Origin: Gemmatimonadales bacterium
GTDB lineage: Bacteria; Gemmatimonadota; Gemmatimonadetes; Gemmatimonadales; GWC2-71-9
Assembly (NCBI GenBank): GCA_035311125.1
Contig: DATGDE010000064.1
Coordinates: 1 to 51,905 of the forward strand
Direction: 5' to 3'
DNA length: 51,905 nt
The notes below the pieces were generated by a model. The model had not been told where the DNA came from, did no database searches, and saw only the letters and a program-made list of their open reading frames with translations. A program made the translations under genes and the position numbers. Shown here piece after piece: positions 35,631 through 42,940 of the stretch. How positions within the stretch are numbered: the first letter of the stretch is position 1; every line of letters begins with the position of its first letter.

Positions 35631-38234
35631 TCAACCGTCTCCGGCGCGGCCCACCGCGCGACGGACATCGGCCGCAGCCGACCCGCAATCCGCGACGGTG
35701 CGCCAGGCGCACCACAGCGCGGCGGCCCCGAACAGCACGGCCGGAACCCAGACGCCGGTGGTTTGCGCCGCGATGGCGAGACCGCCGAGCAGCAGCGCCA
35801 GCGCCGGCCCGGCGGGCGATGGGCTGAACCACCAGCGGACCCGGACGAACTGGCGACCCATGCCGTGTTCCTCCACGGCCATGGCGAGGCGTGCCGCCCC
35901 GAGGGCTCCGCCACGCACCTCCAGGTCCCAGCGCTCGAACTCACCCCCACGGAGCACCGCATCCCCCGTGTCGCGTAGCGCGCGTTCGAGGGTGTTGAGC
36001 CGTTCGGCGGGATCCCGCCAGCGCTCGCACCACAGCGCGACCCGGCCTCCCGGCGCCCAGCCGTGCCGGTGTCGGCGCGTCGCGGCAGGCCGCGTCAATC
36101 GCCCGTACAGCCGCGCCAGCGGGTGCAGCAGGTGCAGGAAGCCCGTCAGCAGCCGCTGGCGGATGCGCCGGGTGGGACGCGAGCGCGGAAAGGAGGTGCG
36201 AGCGGCGAACGCCGCCCGCAGGATGAGCGGGCCGGTCGCGAGCACCAACAGGGGGATGGCGAGTCGCAACGGGGCCCAGGCGATCCCCAGCAGCGCCACC
36301 ACCGCGAGTGCGGCGATCGGCAGATACCACTCCGGCGCGAGGGCGAGCGATCCGAGCCACGTGGGCGTCGCCTGGTACAGCCGCTGGAACGGAGCGAATC
36401 CCCAGGTGCCGTGGTAGATGCGCCCGCTGCGCCACGGCGCGGCGGGCAGCAACGTGGCGCCGTACAGGCGGCCGGCCCAGGCGATCTGGCCGGTGGCCGT
36501 GTATTTCTCCGGCCACTTCCGCTCCAGCAGACCCTCGGCCCGTCCGTATCCGACCTGCTGTTTCCAGAAGGCGCGCACGGAATTGCGCCGGTGGTGCCAC
36601 ACGACGGCGGAGGGGCTGAACCCCAGCGTCCGGCCGCGCTCCCGCAGCGACCAGCACACGTCCACGTCGTCCCCGGCGACGCGGAACTGCTCGTCGAAGC
36701 CGCCGATCTCCTGCAACGCGGAGCGCCGGAACGCCATGTTGCAGCCGGGGATGTGCTCCGCCTCGCGGTCGGTGAGCATCACGTGGATCGGATTCCCGGG
36801 GGCGAGGGCGATGCACTTGGCGATCGGTCCGTCGCCCGGAGGAGAGATGTTCGGCCCGCCGACGCCGACGTCGCTGGTACGCAGGAAAGTGGCCGCCAGG
36901 TGCGTCAGCCAGTCGCGGTCCGGATAGGCGTCGTCATCGATGTAGGCGATGATCTCGCCCGTCGCCTCCCGCCATCCGGTGTTGCGCGCGCTCGAGAGTC
37001 CCCGGTTCTCGGTGCTGATCAGCCGGACGTCGTACTCCCTGACGATGTCGGGCGTCGCGTCCGTCGAGCCGTCGTTCACGACGATCACTTCGAAGTTGGG
37101 GTAGCGCAGGCGCTCCAAGCCTTCGAGGCAGTCGCGGATGGTCCGGCTGCCGTTGTAGGTGCAGACCACCACCGAGATGCGCGGCCAGCCCATCTCGGCC
37201 GGGAACGGCGTGTCGGCGAATGCCGCCTGCACGGCGGCCAGCGCGGGCTTGGGGCTCCGGTCGCGGCTGGTGAGCCCGAACCGCCAGTCGGTCACGTCCT
37301 CGCCCGCGCGGTACCACTCGTCGGTCCAGGCGTACACGAACACGCCCGCGCAGCCTTCCGCGAAGCTGGTCCGGATCTGCCAGTCCAGCGTGCGCGCCTG
37401 GGCCGCGTCGCCGTTCCGCAGGCTGTCGAGACCGACCTCGGTGAGGAGCAGCGGCCGTTCGCCGGCGACGTGATGCAGCCGCGCCAGGTAGGCGGCGAGC
37501 GGCGCGCGCGTCTCCAGGAAGACGTTGAACGAAACGAAATCGAGGAAGGGGAGCTGCAGGTATTCCGTCGAGGGGTAATTCACGTACGTCACCAGTCCCG
37601 ACGGATCCTCGGCCTTCGCCGCACGAAACAGCCCTTCGAGAAAGTGCTCCACGCGGCCGGCGCCGTGCCACCGGGCCGTGGCGGCGGGGATCTCGTTGCC
37701 GATCGCGTACGCGAGCACCGCCGGGTGACCGGCGCAGGCGGCGACGCCGCTGCGAACGAGACGGCCGGTGTCGGGTGCGCCCTTGCGGTCGGTCAGGTAC
37801 CCGATGTGCCGTTCCACCGGGATCCCGACCAGCACATGGAGGGCGTGACGCGAAGCCGCGTCGAGCATCCAGCGGGGCGGGACCGTATAGGTGCGCAGCG
37901 AGTTCACGCCGTGCGCCGCCATCAGCGAGAAGTCGCGCTCCACGACGTCGGGTGTGGGGAACTCGCTGTCGTCGGGCTGTGGCCGGAAGGTGCCGTAGGT
38001 CACTCCACGCACGTGGAGCTTCTCGTGGCCGAGGAAGAGAAACTTCCCCCGCACCCCGGGCCGCTCCGCGGGCGGGACGACGGGTGGGCGATCGGTGGCC
38101 GTGGGGTTCGCGTTGGTGGCCGGTCGTTCGCCGGCGCGCGCCGGCGTGAGCGGCGCGAGCACCGCCGCCTGGTGGAACTTGATGCGCAACCGGATGCCCT
38201 CCGCGAGCTTTCCGAAGTGTGGCGGCCACTCCAC
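35631..38234 (-). CDS. tri-partite fusion: clan GH-A TIM-barrel glycoside hydrolase-like domain + GT2 glycosyltransferase + C-terminal polytopic membrane domain
   Basis: N-terminal region: HVRGVTYGTF, GVNSLRTY, AYAIGNEIP (acid/base NE), LLTEVGLDS (nucleophile E). Middle region: ISVVVCTYNG, VIVVNDGSTD, YIDDDAY (DXD). The C-terminal ~300 aa contain several hydrophobic helices. Confidence 0.8.
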   Translation of the reverse strand: MEWPPHFGKLAEGIRLRIKFHQAAVLAPLTPARAGERPATNANPTATDRPPVVPPAERPGVRGKFLFLGHEKLHVRGVTYGTFRPQPDDSEFPTPDVVERDFSLMAAHGVNSLRTYTVPPRWMLDAASRHALHVLVGIPVERHIGYLTDRKGAPDTGRLVRSGVAACAGHPAVLAYAIGNEIPAATARWHGAGRVEHFLEGLFRAAKAEDPSGLVTYVNYPSTEYLQLPFLDFVSFNVFLETRAPLAAYLARLHHVAGERPLLLTEVGLDSLRNGDAAQARTLDWQIRTSFAEGCAGVFVYAWTDEWYRAGEDVTDWRFGLTSRDRSPKPALAAVQAAFADTPFPAEMGWPRISVVVCTYNGSRTIRDCLEGLERLRYPNFEVIVVNDGSTDATPDIVREYDVRLISTENRGLSSARNTGWREATGEIIAYIDDDAYPDRDWLTHLAATFLRTSDVGVGGPNISPPGDGPIAKCIALAPGNPIHVMLTDREAEHIPGCNMAFRRSALQEIGGFDEQFRVAGDDVDVCWSLRERGRTLGFSPSAVVWHHRRNSVRAFWKQQVGYGRAEGLLERKWPEKYTATGQIAWAGRLYGATLLPAAPWRSGRIYHGTWGFAPFQRLYQATPTWLGSLALAPEWYLPIAALAVVALLGIAWAPLRLAIPLLVLATGPLILRAAFAARTSFPRSRPTRRIRQRLLTGFLHLLHPLARLYGRLTRPAATRRHRHGWAPGGRVALWCERWRDPAERLNTLERALRDTGDAVLRGGEFERWDLEVRGGALGAARLAMAVEEHGMGRQFVRVRWWFSPSPAGPALALLLGGLAIAAQTTGVWVPAVLFGAAALWCAWRTVADCGSAAADVRRAVGRAGDG

Positions 38235-38431
38235 ACTGCGGCCGATGACCGCGGGCCGCCGCGTGGGGACCTTCGTGCATCTGTTCGACGTATTGCGGAG
38301 TTAGCCGATCGAGTGCGCCGTCGCGCTCCGCATCGACCCAGCACGAGGGCAAGAAGCACGCCGTAACCCGCTGCAACGACTTTGAGTTAAGGCGCGTTAC
38401 TTCGGTTGCAGTTCGGGCATCTCTGCGCCGC

Positions 38432-39517
38432 TCACCCGGAGCGGCGCATCGTCTCCATCGCCGCGGCGACCGGGCGGGCGCTGATGGCGTAGGTGGGGCA
38501 GTGACGAATGAAGCTGCCGCTGGCCGGCGACCATTCCTGCTCCGGCTGCGTGACGACCGCCTTGCGCTCGGTATCGAGGACGAAGAGTCCCGGCGGTCCC
38601 TGGAACAGGCAGGCGCCGCAGCCGATGCAGCGATCGCGCGCGACCTGGACGATCACGCGGCGGCGCGGGTACACGCCCTCGGCGCCGCGCGCGGGCCAGG
38701 TGTCGGCGCGCTCCAGCGCCTCCGTCGTGGCGCGGTAGCCCTCTTCGACCACCTCGCGCAGGTGGTCGAACGAGAACATCGAGATGTGTTCGACGCGCGG
38801 ATGGATGTAGTAGACCGGCGGCGTGGTCCACTGCCGCAGGCGCTGCTCGAGCAGCGCCTGCATCGCGATCTCGGTCGCGCGGCCGAACACCGCGGCGAAA
38901 CCACCCTCCTGCGTGTCCTCGCGCAGCGTGCTCGAGGCCGACACGTCGACTGCGAAGACCAGCTCGCTGTCGAGCGCGCGGGCCGCCGCGATCGGCAGGT
39001 TGTCGATCACCGCGCCGTCCACGTAGAAGCGCCCGCGGATGTCGTGCGGCGGAAGGTAGCCGGGCAGCGCGCACGATCCGAACACCGCCTCGCCCACGGG
39101 GATGTCGTCCAGCCCGGGCAGCCCCCAGAGCACCTGCATCCCCGAGTTGATGTCCACGGTGTTGACGATCACCGGGATATCGAGGTTGGAGAATCCGGCG
39201 TCGCCTACGAGCCGCGCGATCAGCAGCGCCAGTGGCTCGCGCCGGAACAGGGCGGGGGAGCGCATGCGCTTGAACGCCATGTCGGCGTGCGCGATCTGGA
39301 AGACGTCCTTGCGCTTCAGGTTGATGGCGATGTCGCGCAGCTCGGGGATGCTCTTGCCGGACGACCACGCGGCCCCGACCAGCGAGCCGACGCTGCAGCC
39401 GACGATGTAGGAGGGCTTGAGGCCGCGCTCCAGCAGGGCCTCGAGCACCCCCACGTGCGCCAGGCCCTTCATGCCGCCGCCCCCGAGAACGAGGGTGAAA
39501 CGAGTGCCGGGATTCAC
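38432..39517 (-). CDS. patatin-like phospholipase fused to a C-terminal single-cluster ferredoxin domain
   Basis: LVLGGGGMKG (oxyanion), GCSVGS (GxSxG), DGAVIDN (DGA/G). The last ~80 aa, VIVQVARDRCIGCGACLFQGPPGLFVLD...FIRHCPTYAIS, give CxxCxxC...CP. GTG 39517 is chosen as the start because codons upstream have weak GC3 and would overlap the divergent gene. Confidence 0.8.
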   Translation of the reverse strand: MNPGTRFTLVLGGGGMKGLAHVGVLEALLERGLKPSYIVGCSVGSLVGAAWSSGKSIPELRDIAINLKRKDVFQIAHADMAFKRMRSPALFRREPLALLIARLVGDAGFSNLDIPVIVNTVDINSGMQVLWGLPGLDDIPVGEAVFGSCALPGYLPPHDIRGRFYVDGAVIDNLPIAAARALDSELVFAVDVSASSTLREDTQEGGFAAVFGRATEIAMQALLEQRLRQWTTPPVYYIHPRVEHISMFSFDHLREVVEEGYRATTEALERADTWPARGAEGVYPRRRVIVQVARDRCIGCGACLFQGPPGLFVLDTERKAVVTQPEQEWSPASGSFIRHCPTYAISARPVAAAMETMRRSG

Positions 39518-39540
39518 CGCCTCATGCCACGCGCATGCGC

Positions 39541-39570
39541 TTGATTTGTCGTGCGAGTCCCGAGTAACGT
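39541..39570 (+). promoter_or_regulatory. sigma-70-like promoter TTGATT-18-TAACGT, 13 nt upstream of ATG 39584
   Basis: TTGATT 39541-39546, TAACGT 39565-39570. Confidence 0.4.
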
Positions 39571-39583
39571 AGTCGAGACCCCC

Positions 39584-40417
39584 ATGCAAGCGCCACGCCA
39601 TTGGCGGCGATTCGCCCGTGACCGCTGGGCCCTGACCGGCTTCGCCCTGGTGACGATCCTGGCGGTGCTCGCACTGACCGCGCCGTGGATCGCTCCGGCC
39701 GACCCGCTGCACGGCTCCCTCGCCGTCAGCCTGCGCGCGCCTTCGCGCGTGTTCTGGCTCGGCACCGACGTGCAGGGGCGCGACGTCCTCTCGCGCGTGC
39801 TGTACGGCGCCCGCCTGTCGCTCCTGGTCGGACTCGTGAGCCAGACGGTGGCCGGCGTGCTGGGCGTCGGTCTCGGCCTGGCGGCCGGCTACTACGGGCG
39901 CTGGGTCGACGCGTCCATCATGCGCCTCGCCGACGTCACCCTCGCTTTCCCCTCGCTGCTGCTCCTCATCGCGATCGCCGCCGCCGTGAACCCCTCGCTC
40001 CCCGTTGTGTTCGTGGTGATCGGCCTCGTCGGGTGGGCCGGCGTCGCCCGCGTGGTGCGCGGTGAAGTCCTGGGCCTGCGCAGCCGCGAGTACGTGCTGG
40101 CGGCGCGCGCCCTGGGCGCGAGCGACGCCCGCGTGCTGGCGCGCCACCTGCTCCCCGGCGTGCTGCCACCCGTGATCGTCATCACTACGCTCGGGGTCGG
40201 CGGCGCGATCATGGCGGAGGCGGCGTTGTCGTTCGTGGGGCTCGGCGCCCGCCCGCCGACGCCGTCATGGGGCGCGATGGTCGCCGACGGGCGGGATCTG
40301 CTGCGCGTGGCACCGTGGGTGAGTCTCGTGCCCGGCGTGGCCATCGGCCTCGCGGTGCTGGGCGTGAATCTGGTCGGGGACGGCCTGCGCGACGCCCTGG
40401 AGGTGCGGGCCGCATGA
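39584..40417 (+). CDS. ABC transporter permease, DppC/OppC-like (peptide/nickel family)
   Basis: RRFARDRWALTGFALVTILAVLALTAPWIAPADP plus the EAA-type loop region. No partner DppB, ATPase or binding-protein genes in the window. Confidence 0.85.
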   Translation: MQAPRHWRRFARDRWALTGFALVTILAVLALTAPWIAPADPLHGSLAVSLRAPSRVFWLGTDVQGRDVLSRVLYGARLSLLVGLVSQTVAGVLGVGLGLAAGYYGRWVDASIMRLADVTLAFPSLLLLIAIAAAVNPSLPVVFVVIGLVGWAGVARVVRGEVLGLRSREYVLAARALGASDARVLARHLLPGVLPPVIVITTLGVGGAIMAEAALSFVGLGARPPTPSWGAMVADGRDLLRVAPWVSLVPGVAIGLAVLGVNLVGDGLRDALEVRAA

Positions 40418-41601
40418 CCGACGTCGCCTTCCATCCGGCCAAGGTGAAGGCGCTGCGCGAATCGCTGCGGCACCTGCGGGCGAGCGAGTTCCCCTGGACC
40501 GCGGACACGGCATACCTGAACAACGCCTCGATCGGCCCCATCCCCGAGCGCACCCGTCGCATCCTCGATGCCTTCAACGCCAAACGGACCGCTCCGCACC
40601 TGCTCCCCGACCGCGATCTGTTCGCGGGCCTGCAGGCCGCGCGCGATGCCGCCGCGCGCCTCGTCAACGCCGACACCGGCGAGATCGCGCTCGCGACGAA
40701 CACGGGCTTCGGCCTGAATCTCGCGGCCGGCGCGCTGCCGCTCGGACCGGGCGACCGCGTGATCCTGTCGGACCGGGAGTTTCCGGCGAACGTCTATCCG
40801 TGGCTGATGCTGCGCAAGCAGGGCGTCGAAGTGACGCTCGCCCCCTGCACGCGCGAGGGCTGGCCCGACGAGGACTACCTGTTGAGCGCCCTGCGCGACC
40901 CGCGCGTGAAGGTGCTCGCGGTGTCGTTCGTCCAGTTCTCCAACGGCTTCCGCGCCGACCTGAAGAAGCTCTCGGCCGCGACGCGCGCCAACGGCACGAT
41001 CCTCGTGGTGGACGGCATCCAGGGGGTGGGCAACTCGGTGCTCGACGTCCGGGAGACGCCGGTGGATATCCTGGCGTGCGGGGGCCAGAAGTGGCTGCTG
41101 TCGCCGTGGGGGTCGGGGTTCGTCTATGTCCGCAAGGAGCTGATCCCCACCCTCGAGCCGGCGATGACGGGGTGGATGGCGTTCGAGGGCACCGACGATT
41201 TCTCCCGGCTCACCGAGTACAATCCGACATTCCGCGCCGACGCCCGCCGCTTCGAGATGATCACGCTGCCCTACCAGGACTTCTACGGCTTCACCCAGTC
41301 GGTGGAGCTGCTGCTGGAAATCGGCATCGCGGAGATCGCCGAGGTGACGCGCAGCCTGCATGAGCCAATCTTCGCTTGGGCCGACGCGCACGGCATGCGG
41401 GTCGTTTCACCGCGCGACGAGCGGCATCGCTCGGCGATCCTCTGCATCGCCCCCGCGGAGCCGGTCGAGGCCTACCACGCCCTGAAGCGCGCCCGGATCG
41501 TGTGCTCGCTGCGCGAGGGCGCGATCCGCCTCTCGCCGCACTGCTACAACACGGTCGGGGAGATGGAGAAGGTGCTGGACGTGCTCGAGAACCTGAAATA
41601 G
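40414..41601 (+). CDS. aminotransferase class V-fold PLP-dependent enzyme (cysteine desulfurase/lyase-like)
   Basis: YLNNASIGP, VVDGIQGVG, ACGGQKWLLSP (PLP lysine context). ATGA overlap with the permease stop. Confidence 0.85.
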   Translation: MTDVAFHPAKVKALRESLRHLRASEFPWTADTAYLNNASIGPIPERTRRILDAFNAKRTAPHLLPDRDLFAGLQAARDAAARLVNADTGEIALATNTGFGLNLAAGALPLGPGDRVILSDREFPANVYPWLMLRKQGVEVTLAPCTREGWPDEDYLLSALRDPRVKVLAVSFVQFSNGFRADLKKLSAATRANGTILVVDGIQGVGNSVLDVRETPVDILACGGQKWLLSPWGSGFVYVRKELIPTLEPAMTGWMAFEGTDDFSRLTEYNPTFRADARRFEMITLPYQDFYGFTQSVELLLEIGIAEIAEVTRSLHEPIFAWADAHGMRVVSPRDERHRSAILCIAPAEPVEAYHALKRARIVCSLREGAIRLSPHCYNTVGEMEKVLDVLENLK

Positions 41602-41608
41602 CCTGCGG

Positions 41609-42871
41609 TCAGGCCGGATCGCCCCGCAGCAGGGCGTACTCCTTCTTTCCTTTTCTCAGCAGGAGATAGCCGCCGGCGAGCCAGTCCGCCGGGGCGAGCG
41701 TGCGGTTGACGTCCTGCGCCCGCTGCTGGTTCACGTAGATCCCCCCCTGCTCGATTTGGCGGCGGGCTTCACTCTTCGACTTCGCCAAACCGGCGCCGAC
41801 TACGGCGTCGACCAGCGCGGCGCCGGCAGGCACGCGCGCCGTGGGGATCTCCTGGGCCAGCACTTCGAACGCCGCCGCGTCGGCCCCCCGCGGGTCCCAC
41901 TCGCCGAACAGAATGGATGCGGCCTGCACCACCGACGCCGTCGCCGCCGTGCCATGCACCCGCTCGGTCATTTCGTTGGCGAGGTAACGTTGCGCTTCGC
42001 GCTTCGCGGGATCTTCGGCGTGCAGTTGCAGCACGGGCTCGATGCCCTCGGAGCCGTCTTTGGGTCGCAGCGAGAACAGCCGCAGGTATGTCCCGACGTC
42101 GCGATCGTCCGCATTCACCCAGAACTGATGGAACTTGAAGGGCGACGTCATCCTGGGGTCGAGGTAGATCGCCCCCGCCTCCGACTTCCCGAACTTCGCG
42201 CCCGACGCGGTGGTGATGAGCGGAGCGACGAGTCCGTGCACTTCGGCGCCCTCGGTGCGCCGCACCAGCTCGACGCCTGCGGTGATGTTGCCCCACTGGT
42301 CCGAGCCGCCCACCTGCAGGGTGCACCCGTGGCGGCGGAACAGCTCCAGGTAATCGTAGGCCTGCAGCAGCATGTAGCTGAACTCGGTGAACGACAGCCC
42401 GCTCTCCAGCCGGGCCTTCACCGATTCCTTCTGCAACATGATGTTGATGGTGAAGTGCTTTCCGACGGTGCGCAGGAAGTCCACCAGACGCTCCGGCACC
42501 AGCCACTCCGCGTTGTCGACCAGACGGGCGCGATCACCGCTGAAGTCGAGGAACCGCGCCATCTGCGCGCGCTGCGCCTCGAGATTCGCGCGCAGCTCGT
42601 CGGGGGCGAGCAGGGGACGCTCCGTGCGCTTCCCGGAGGGATCGCCGATCAACCCGGTGCCCCCGCCCATCAGCACGATCGGCCGGTGCCCCGCTCGCTG
42701 CAGATGCTGCAGCAGCATCAGCGGCACCAGATTGCCCAGCTGCAGGCTGGGGGCCGTCGGGTCGAAGCCGCAGTAGGCGGTGAGTGGACCGCGCGCCAGG
42801 TGGGCGTCGAGGCCGGGCGTGGCTGCGTGCACCAGGCCCCGCCATTCGAGCTCCGCGAGCAGGTGCGACAT
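41609..42871 (-). CDS. tyrS: tyrosine--tRNA ligase
   Basis: MSHLLAELEWRGLV..., YCGFDPTAPSLQLGNL (HIGH-class motif region), KFGKS (KMSKS), C-terminal S4 domain. This is the C-terminal 420 aa of the chimeric track ORF 41609..45280. Confidence 0.95.
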   Translation of the reverse strand: MSHLLAELEWRGLVHAATPGLDAHLARGPLTAYCGFDPTAPSLQLGNLVPLMLLQHLQRAGHRPIVLMGGGTGLIGDPSGKRTERPLLAPDELRANLEAQRAQMARFLDFSGDRARLVDNAEWLVPERLVDFLRTVGKHFTINIMLQKESVKARLESGLSFTEFSYMLLQAYDYLELFRRHGCTLQVGGSDQWGNITAGVELVRRTEGAEVHGLVAPLITTASGAKFGKSEAGAIYLDPRMTSPFKFHQFWVNADDRDVGTYLRLFSLRPKDGSEGIEPVLQLHAEDPAKREAQRYLANEMTERVHGTAATASVVQAASILFGEWDPRGADAAAFEVLAQEIPTARVPAGAALVDAVVGAGLAKSKSEARRQIEQGGIYVNQQRAQDVNRTLAPADWLAGGYLLLRKGKKEYALLRGDPA

Positions 42872-42879
42872 GGGCGCGA

Positions 42880-42908
42880 ATCGTAAGAGCGGCCGCGGGC
42901 GCTGGCAA
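42880..42908 (-). promoter_or_regulatory. sigma-70-like promoter TTGCCA-17-TACGAT, 8 nt upstream of tyrS ATG (leaderless-type)
   Basis: Minus-strand reading: TTGCCAgcgcccgcggccgctctTACGATtcgcgcccATG. Confidence 0.55.
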
Positions 42909-42931
42909 GCGTCAGGGCATGCCACTAGGTT
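42903..42931 (+). promoter_or_regulatory. promoter-like TGGCAA-17-TAGGTT, 9 nt upstream of mrcA ATG
   Basis: Uses the same hexamer (42903-42908) as the tyrS -35, read on the other strand. TAGGTT 42926-42931. Confidence 0.4.
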
Positions 42932-42940
42932 GTTGGGGCG

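Noticed and set aside
38235-38431. 197-nt non-coding gap upstream of the GH-GT2 operon, with a locally AT-richer patch and a weak inverted repeat (ctgcaacga 38371-38379 / tcggttgcag 38402-38411). Considered as a promoter, riboswitch or small RNA.
   Set aside because: I could not find a TTGnnn-17/18-TAnnnT promoter or any recognisable riboswitch core. The stem is short and imperfect with a 22-nt loop. It may be the patatin gene terminator and/or the operon promoter region, but the evidence is too weak for a feature call.
41601-41614. 5-bp hairpin gcctg-cggt-caggc between the convergent aminotransferase and tyrS stops.
   Set aside because: The stem is too short and has no U-tract. It is likely fortuitous.
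42872-42940. Possible T-box leader upstream of tyrS.
   Set aside because: The whole intergenic region is 69 bp, and a good promoter sits 8 nt from the ATG. There is no room for a ~200-nt T-box and no specifier or T-box sequence.
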